Shown one piece after another: positions 48,539-56,000 of a stretch of DNA of 64,000 nucleotides; the first letter of the stretch is position 1, and each line of letters opens with the position of its first letter. The notes beneath the pieces were generated by a model that worked only from the letters and a program-made list of their open reading frames with translations, searched no databases and was not told the DNA's origin. This DNA comes from Sterolibacteriaceae bacterium. GTDB taxonomy: Bacteria; Pseudomonadota; Gammaproteobacteria; Burkholderiales; Rhodocyclaceae. The translations under genes were made by a program, and so were the position numbers. The stretch lies in NCBI GenBank assembly GCA_043738385.1, contig JAYUGL010000167.1, positions 348 to 64,347 of the forward strand, in the 5' to 3' direction.

Positions 48539-50104
48539 TCAGGCGGACGGTCCGCCCGGCGCAACCGTGAACAACGCCTCGAACACTTCGCGTGCCTTGG
48601 CGGTATTCATGCGGCCAGCTTCCAGCCAAAGGAAACGTCCGCAGGGCGCGGCGCCAATATCGGCGGCGGCGGTCTGCCGGTCGGTTTTGTCATCGTAAAG
48701 CACAACGACACGACGCAGGTTCGCGACCTTGACCAAGACGCTCAGTTCGTAGCGGCAACCGTGGTTCTGCGATTGAAAGCCGCGCAGGTCCATGAGCACG
48801 ACGTCGCAGCGATTCACCAATGCGGTCAGCGCGGACTCCCAGGTCGTGTCGCGGCAGTAGCACTCGTTCACTCGATAGCGACCGTCCGGGTCGGGCTTGA
48901 GGTCGAAATTGGCCAGACGCTGCGGCACGTCGGGTTCGCTGTTGATGAAGCGTTTGCCCAGTTGCCCGTCGAGAAAAGTGAACAGGTCATCCGGATCGAG
49001 GGTACGGCTGACAAGGTCGGTGCCAGCGATCAGCATGGTGTTGCCGGTGAAGCGCCAGCGCTCGATCACCTGATCGAACAAGGCCTCCAGCTGCGCGTCA
49101 TGCTGAAAGACCCGCAGCACCAGCAAAGTGGCCGGGTTGTCTTCCCGCGGCCGCCAGATCGTCAGCACCCACCAGCCGACGGGGATCCAGAGCCACGGGA
49201 TCAACAAGCTCAGGCCGCTGGTGCCGACACCGGCAAATGCGGGAACGGCATTGCCCATGAGGATGACAAACCAATAGATGGCGAAGAGATAACCGAGATC
49301 GGAGAAACGCTTGTTGCGGTAAGCGCCGGCCATGCGACGACCTAGCGCGAACACCGGCCATGCAAGCAGCGCCCAGGGTGCCAGGGCGCAGAACAGCATC
49401 GTGCCCTTGACGCCGAAGACGTCGACCAATGGCGCCACAACCTGCCAGCTCGTGTTCACGTTGGTGCTGAGGGCCTGGAGCGCGAGGATCGAGGCACTGG
49501 AAAGAACCAGCGCCGGCGGCAACAGATAAGGCGCCACGGCCCGAATGCGACCACTGGCACTGATGATCAGTGTAATGATGAGTGGCACGCCCATCTCGGT
49601 GGACAACCAGCCGACGACCGCTAGCAGCGATTGCTGGGCATTGGAACGCAGCATCACGAGCACGATCATGATCACGAGATATATTGCGATGCCACCCAGC
49701 ACCCGGCCCCAGGGCCAGCGCAGGGTCAAGCCCCAGGCCAGCACCATCGGCCAGCCATAGACCGCGCCGAGCAGCAGTAGCCGATTGACCGAGAACGCCT
49801 TGACCTGAACGATCAAGGCAAACCACGCTTGCGTCAGCGCCACCAACACGCAAACCCCGGTCAGCGCCACCAGAAGGCGCATGGTCACGCGGCGATTTGC
49901 CGCGAGGTCCAACCGCGCTGGCATCCGCGGCGGCAAGGCCAACACCTCGGTAACGCCCGCACGCGCGACATCAGGCGCGGCCCCGCCACGCATCAGGATC
50001 ACCATGCGCCGTCGGTACAACCCGGCCACCACCCACGCAAGGCTGGCGGCGAGGAATACACCCAACATCAGGGCGACGAATAGGTGGCCGCTTTGAATTC
50101 CCAT
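48539..50104 (-). CDS. Multi-pass membrane protein with a C-terminal soluble alpha/beta domain of unknown function
   Basis: About 10 hydrophobic helices over the first ~320 aa, then a ~190-aa domain (LLVLRVFQHD...CDVVLMDLRGF...VVVLYDD) with alternating strand/helix character. No motif recognised. Confidence 0.6.
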   Translation of the reverse strand: MGIQSGHLFVALMLGVFLAASLAWVVAGLYRRRMVILMRGGAAPDVARAGVTEVLALPPRMPARLDLAANRRVTMRLLVALTGVCVLVALTQAWFALIVQVKAFSVNRLLLLGAVYGWPMVLAWGLTLRWPWGRVLGGIAIYLVIMIVLVMLRSNAQQSLLAVVGWLSTEMGVPLIITLIISASGRIRAVAPYLLPPALVLSSASILALQALSTNVNTSWQVVAPLVDVFGVKGTMLFCALAPWALLAWPVFALGRRMAGAYRNKRFSDLGYLFAIYWFVILMGNAVPAFAGVGTSGLSLLIPWLWIPVGWWVLTIWRPREDNPATLLVLRVFQHDAQLEALFDQVIERWRFTGNTMLIAGTDLVSRTLDPDDLFTFLDGQLGKRFINSEPDVPQRLANFDLKPDPDGRYRVNECYCRDTTWESALTALVNRCDVVLMDLRGFQSQNHGCRYELSVLVKVANLRRVVVLYDDKTDRQTAAADIGAAPCGRFLWLEAGRMNTAKAREVFEALFTVAPGGPSA

Positions 50105-50146
50105 ATCAACCGTCCCCGGGTTCAGCCACGCGTCTCGATATCGACC

Positions 50147-51088
50147 TCACGACGAACCGCCATCTCGCTTGGCGACGAACTCCACCGGCGTATGCACCGA
50201 ATACCCGCCGCTGATTTCCAGTGTGAAACGTATGCTTTCGGGCGTTACCTGACCGATGTAGTGATGCGTCACCTCCTTCGGTTCCCCGCCGCTGCTGATC
50301 GACTCCAGGCTGCGTGTCACGAAGCTCAGCCACTCGCCCTCCAGCTTTGCCTGTTCTATCGTCAGACGGCCCCCTTCGAATGAGGCCGTGCCGTGCAGCG
50401 CATTGGCCAGGTATTTGAACTCGAACACTTCGTCATACTGGTCGCCCCAGTCGTACTTCACCCGCGCGCTCCAGCGCCCGCTGAGATCCACTGCGGCTTG
50501 GTGCGCCACCGGGGTGCTTGTCGATGTTGCTGGAACAAAGCGCAATGCCGCAAACACACCGACCACGACAATCGCAACGGCCGCGACAATCAGGCGCGCT
50601 CGGCCGAAGCCAGGCTTTGCGTCGTGGGCTTCCGGCGACAACTCCCTCAATCTCGCCACCAGCCGCTCGACATCCGTCCGCCAGTCGGCATCGGACAACA
50701 CCATGGCCTGGTGGCGCGCCAGGCTGGCGATGGCATCGGGCAGATCCTCGCCAGCCGGCATTGCCGCGCCGCCCAACAGCAAGGGGATGACCGGCTTGCC
50801 GGACGCGAGCCCGGCAGCCACCTCGCGGCGAACAAAATCGTCCGGCGCATCGAGTCGTCGCCCGCCGTCGGCGCCGGCCTCCAGCCAGTGGGGTCCGATC
50901 ATCACCAGCATCGCGTGGGCGGACTGCAATTGTCTGTTGATGGCCTCGACGAAGTCCTCGCCGGGCTGAATGTCGTCCACATCGCGGAACACGCTGCCGA
51001 CCCCGAAGGCCGTCTCAAGCGCATCCGCCAGGCGGCCGGCGAAACCGGCGTTGTCGTCGCGACGATAGGAAAGAAAGAATCTGGGCAT
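50147..51088 (-). CDS. TIR domain, single TM, ~120-aa extracytoplasmic beta-rich domain (TIR-D)
   Basis: Internal ATG 51088 (MPRFFLSYRRDD). GRLADAL, DFVRREVAAGL, VIPLLL. TM LIVAAVAIVVVGVFAALRFV. The upstream part of the listed ORF overlaps the previous gene. Confidence 0.8.
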   Translation of the reverse strand: MPRFFLSYRRDDNAGFAGRLADALETAFGVGSVFRDVDDIQPGEDFVEAINRQLQSAHAMLVMIGPHWLEAGADGGRRLDAPDDFVRREVAAGLASGKPVIPLLLGGAAMPAGEDLPDAIASLARHQAMVLSDADWRTDVERLVARLRELSPEAHDAKPGFGRARLIVAAVAIVVVGVFAALRFVPATSTSTPVAHQAAVDLSGRWSARVKYDWGDQYDEVFEFKYLANALHGTASFEGGRLTIEQAKLEGEWLSFVTRSLESISSGGEPKEVTHHYIGQVTPESIRFTLEISGGYSVHTPVEFVAKRDGGSS

Positions 51089-51102
51089 GGAGAGAAACAG
51101 CG

Positions 51103-52464
51103 TTACCCGTTTTGCCCAAGATCCGCGGCGCCGAGGCAAGCGATTTCGGCCAACGACGACTGCACAGCCTTGATCTGGGTCGCGCTCGTTTCGAGCATCC
51201 AGGCGGGCACGTTCAACGCCCATGCTTCCGCCTGCCACTTGGCTGCCGCAGCGGTATCACCCAGCCCCACGGCCGCTTCGCGCAGCGTGGCGACAATCCA
51301 AAAGCGTTTCTCGGCATCGATATCCTTATCGAGCAGCGGTTGCGCGTACTGAATCACCAGGCGCCGGGTGCGTTTTGCCAGCACCGCGTCGGTCATGCCT
51401 TCGTCCCGGTCACCGGCCTTTAGCGCCTTCAAAGCCCGCATGTCCAGCAGATGGGCCAGATTGATGCCGTTGTAGTAGTCCTGCTTGAGATGGAAACCGC
51501 GCTCGCAGGCGGCGATGCTCTCATCGAGGTCCTGTTCCTGGTGGTTGAGATCCCACAGGCGCTTGTGGATGGCGCCCCACAAGCCCAGCGTTTCCGGATC
51601 GTTGGTGGTCGCCGGCGAGAGCTCGCGCAGGATGTCCTTGGCCGCCAGGAGCGCCGCGTCGGGCGTCGGCTGTTGAGACTTGTAGGTGGCGAGCGCGAGC
51701 TGCTGAATGACGAAGCTATCGTTGGGTCGTTGCTTGCGCACTTCCTCAAGCAACCGCTGGGCATTGGCGAAGTCCCCGGAACCGATCCTGCCCAGGGCAT
51801 CATCGAGGACCGACTTGGCGCTCGCGGCTTCCGGTTCCGGGCCTTCAGCGCAGGTGCCGGGGGACAGCTGCGGAGGCCGCATGCGCGCGACGATCGGGGT
51901 CAGGTGGTCTGCAACTGCTGGCCCGGTGCCTCCCGCCGCCACGGCGGCGGGAGGCACCGGGCGGGGCTTTTCCAGCTCCGGTGGAATCAGGTCGGGCAGG
52001 AAGGTATACACCGGGCTATCAATCTCCCCGCTCGCCAGGATGTCGGCGATGGCCTGCTTCAGGTCATCGCGGAAGCGCTTCGCCTCTTGCGCGCCGATGT
52101 CCTCGCCCAGATGCTTGTAGCGGCGAATGGCGATGTGGCCGACATCGAAGGGGTTCTTGAACTGTTCCTCGGCAACGATGATCGTGGCGCGATGTCGCAA
52201 ACCATAGCGGATGCCCAGCTCAAAGGCAGCGTTGACGTTGTAGGTGGATAGATCCGCGATGACCAGATCGGCCTGATACAACTGCCGGTACATCGGCGTA
52301 TCGATGGTGCCGGAGTGCGGAATCTCGTCGGCACGCAGGCATGCCAGACCCGCCGCTTCCACCGCCTCTTTGATGATGGCATAGGAAGCGTCAAGGTCGA
52401 GTACGCGCCCGTCGGTGAAATCGGTCTTCTTGCCAAAGCCCTGGACAACAAAACAAGTAGCCAT
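51103..52464 (-). CDS. TIR-like / nucleoside-deoxyribosyltransferase-like N-terminal domain + TPR-like helical domain (DUF4071-like)
   Basis: ATG 52464 with a GGAGG RBS 5 nt upstream. CFVVQGFGKKTDFTDGRVLDLDASY...DLVIADLS...ELGIRYG N-terminal fold, then a ~250-aa helical repeat region. Confidence 0.65.
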   Translation of the reverse strand: MATCFVVQGFGKKTDFTDGRVLDLDASYAIIKEAVEAAGLACLRADEIPHSGTIDTPMYRQLYQADLVIADLSTYNVNAAFELGIRYGLRHRATIIVAEEQFKNPFDVGHIAIRRYKHLGEDIGAQEAKRFRDDLKQAIADILASGEIDSPVYTFLPDLIPPELEKPRPVPPAAVAAGGTGPAVADHLTPIVARMRPPQLSPGTCAEGPEPEAASAKSVLDDALGRIGSGDFANAQRLLEEVRKQRPNDSFVIQQLALATYKSQQPTPDAALLAAKDILRELSPATTNDPETLGLWGAIHKRLWDLNHQEQDLDESIAACERGFHLKQDYYNGINLAHLLDMRALKALKAGDRDEGMTDAVLAKRTRRLVIQYAQPLLDKDIDAEKRFWIVATLREAAVGLGDTAAAAKWQAEAWALNVPAWMLETSATQIKAVQSSLAEIACLGAADLGQNG

Positions 52465-52490
52465 CAACGGTCCTCCAAATTCGACAACAC

Positions 52491-53060
52491 TCAGGCAACT
52501 GCCTGCTTCAGGCCGGTCTCGTAGATCCACTGCCCGCTGCGCGGATCGCGGATGTAGCTCAACTGCTGGCGCCGGTTGGCGCCCTGTCCGGGCGCTTTCA
52601 CCGAGATATGCACCCATCCCGAGTTGGGCCCCTGACGCGGATCGAAGCATTCACAGATGATCTGATCATAGTCGGCAAGGTTGTCGCGCGCCCACTTGGC
52701 CAGTTCCAGTGTGCTCTTGCCGGGGATCTCGACGTCGCAGGCGCAGCCCCGCGTGTGCTGGCTGGTGCTGATCCAGCCAGCCGGCTTTTGTTTCAACGCG
52801 CGCTCGGTCGCCTGGCTGCGGAAAACGCTGTTGGGCGCAAAACTGCCGAACTTGTCGCGCAACACCTGCAAAACATTTCGCGCCAGATACACCGCCGCTT
52901 GCAGTTCGGCGTCGCCGGGAAATCCATTGTCAATACCGAGCCGACTGGCGACTTCGGACTTGGTGAGTTCAAAGACGTGAAAATTCGGCGCGACGAGGTC
53001 TTGCAGGTCCAGCGCCCGGAGCGTGATCTTGTCGAGCGGCGTGGTGGATCGGTCGGTCAT
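52491..53060 (-). CDS. Peptidase M15 (D-Ala-D-Ala carboxypeptidase/endolysin-like) zinc hydrolase
   Basis: Internal ATG 53060 (MTDRSTTPL). Hx6D (HTRGCACD) and distal WVHISV His motifs of the M15 family. The listed ORF's Arg-rich N-terminal extension overlaps the upstream giant gene. Confidence 0.7.
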   Translation of the reverse strand: MTDRSTTPLDKITLRALDLQDLVAPNFHVFELTKSEVASRLGIDNGFPGDAELQAAVYLARNVLQVLRDKFGSFAPNSVFRSQATERALKQKPAGWISTSQHTRGCACDVEIPGKSTLELAKWARDNLADYDQIICECFDPRQGPNSGWVHISVKAPGQGANRRQQLSYIRDPRSGQWIYETGLKQAVA

Positions 53061-53085
53061 GACGGTCTCCCTGGGTCTGTCCGGA

Positions 53086-56000
53086 TCACAGTGCGGCGCG
53101 GACCGACTTGATGGCCTCGGCCGCTGGCAAAGATGCGATGCCGGCGAGTTCGGCCACGAAGTCCAGGTGTTCCAGCACCGACGCGTATTCGCGCGGGCTG
53201 GCGCCACGTTGTGCCGCGGCCCGGTAGCGCGCAACGATCCTGCCCACCGACTGCGTCGCCGCGTTGCCTGTCTGCAAGAGCAAGCGCGCCAGTTCGCAAT
53301 CGGCCTCGCCGACGGCATCCCAGAAGTTGGGGTTCGCCTCCTTACGCGCTGTGGCGATGGCAATCATGCGCTGGCATTGGTCGTCGACAATGCTCCGCCA
53401 ATGGTCACTGCGCGTGCGATCGAGGACGGCGACGAATACCGTGGCAATGGCCCAGTTGGAGAACGGGTAGGGATTCTCGTTGTTGCCCCGCTTGAAGGCC
53501 TGGTGGTAGTAGCTGGCCATATTGACCAGCGCCTCGAAACGCGGTGTCGCGTCGTCGCACACCCAGGCCAGGCGCTTGCAGGCGCCGCCGAGGAGATTGA
53601 GCCGCTCGACCGTCGGCGCGCGCTGGCAGATCACATCCAGTTCCCTGACGGCGTGCTCAATGTCCGCGACGAGACCGCGGCGATCCGCCGCCTTGCCGCG
53701 CTTGCTGGCGCGCAGAGCCTGCCAGCGCTGACCGCAGAGCCGCACCTGGAAGTTGGCGCACTGCTCCACCGCGCGCAGCGGACAATCACCGAGATCAGCA
53801 TGCAACGCCTTGTTCAGCCATTCCACACCCTTGGCATACTCGCCGGTTTCGCCCCAAGCGAAGCCGGCGGCGGCGGCGACGTCGGCACGCGCGGCCCACT
53901 CCCCGCGTTGCGCTTCCGGAGCGCCTGCCAGCAGTGCGTCGATCGTTGCCCGCATGCGCGCCACAGCCTCCACGTCCTCGCCTTTTTCCTTCATCTGCAT
54001 GCGAATCGATTCGCGATGGTTGTCGAGTTCGGCGACCAGCTCGGCCGGTGCCAGGAAGCTGGGCTGCGACGGCCGCGCGGAACCTTCGCCGCGGAGGCGG
54101 TAGCCATGGTCGCCGTAGCATTGATATGCGCCCCAGGTATTCACCTCGGGAAAGCTGGCCCAGACCGCGGCGCGCGCCGCTTTCACCGCTTCGCCAAAAG
54201 TCATGGGGCAGTCGGGGTCAAGCATATGCCGGTAGAAACTCTCGGCAAACGCGCCCGCCGCCCCGTCGTCAACCGCCCAGCCCGCCGCCACCACCGCCTT
54301 GACCCCCATATTGATGAACTGTACGCCCAGATTCGCCGCCAGCGCACTGTATTCGCCGTGTCCTTCGGCCTGCGTCTTGCCCAGGTGACAGCAGTTGATG
54401 AACACGAGCTCCGGCACCCAGCGCATCTGTTCGATATCGCCCGGCGTCAGGAAGGTGTTCTTGCCGATGACCATGCCCGACACGCGCCGCTCCGGTTTGG
54501 AACTGGCCGTGATGTCCTGAACGGACTGCGCTCCGTCATCGTGAGCAGCTCCGGTGTCGTCGTTCAGGACGAATTCGTGCTCGCCGTGGCCGGCCAGGTG
54601 CAGGATGCGCCAGGCATCCTTGTGCAGTCCGTCCATCAGATCTTCGGCGTTCTCATCGATGCAGTCCCTGACCCGGAAGCCGCGCCGGCTGAGCAGGGCG
54701 GACACTTTCTGCGCCTCGTCCCGTGCGCCGGGCAGTTCCGGAAACTCGCGCCAACCGCCGAGGTCGGGATTGCCTACGACGAACGCCGTGGCTTCGGTCG
54801 CGTGATGGGGGTTGAGCCGGAACTGGGGCGTCTTCAACTGGCGGATCAGGCCCGCGCTCACCGCCGGCGGACGTCCGCTCTGGCTCCAGCGATCCTCGAT
54901 CAATTCCCACGGATAGCGCGCGGAGACTTCGTCTACCAACAGGACCATGTCGGTCTGTTGGGGCGCAAGTTCCTTGAGCTGATTGGGCAGCAGCATCTCG
55001 AACAGCGTCTTGGCCACTTCCGAATTGCTGGCCGGCGAGCGTGAGGCCTGGCGAATGAAATCCTCGGCGAACCGCAATTGGCCCGTGGCATGGGTAATCT
55101 CGGCGCGGGCGCGGTCGGTCGCCGAGATGAAGCGCAAGCCGCCATCGCCTTTCTCTTCGATGATCTCCAGCCGGCCCCACCAACCCGGCGCATCGTCGTA
55201 GCGCAGGCGACGGCGACAGCCCTGACCTTCCTCGACCACCCCGGCGCTCCAGTTGACCGCAGTCGCCAGTTGACCGTCCGCCAGGAGTGCTTTGAGGGCC
55301 TTGGCGGCGGCAAGCGCGGCGTCCTCGAAAACGTCCACGAACTCGATCCTGTCAACCAGCACCTTGTCCGCCAGTTCAGCCTTCTCAAGTCGCTCGTTGG
55401 CGAGCACGGCACCGCGCAGGATGACTTCGACACAATCCCGCACGCTCGTGCCGCCCGGGCCGGAGCCGACCAACAGGCAGGAAACCGCCGCCGAACGCAC
55501 ACCGCCGCTAGGGCCGAAACGCGCATCGGGCCACCGGGCCACCTGTAGCGCGTAGTCGAGCAGCGCGGCGCACACCGTGGTCTGGAGCACCGTGGTGGAC
55601 AGGCTGCCGACTTGGCCGAGACCGATGACGATGGCACCGCCGGGCTTGCCGCTCGGCTGTTCGTTGAAAAAGACGGCATGCGTTCCGGGCTGGCCGGGGT
55701 AGAGCCCGAGCCCCAGACTCTTCGTCAAAACGCGGCCGAGCCGCCCGTCCAGCGCAGCTTCGGCATTGACGATGACGTCGCCCAGGTAGTGGCCGACCAG
55801 CACCGGGTATCTGGCGTAGGAGAGATCGCCATGCACGACGCTGACCTGGATCCTCGGTGTCGTCATCTGATCGGCGGCATCCTCGACCGGCGCGCCGGGG
55901 CCAAAGCCCATGCTGCGCATGTCGCGCTGGTCGGGAATGCTGTCGGTCGGCGGCAGCGTGGGCATAACGAATTTTTCGGCGCCGGTCGTTGCGGCGCGCG

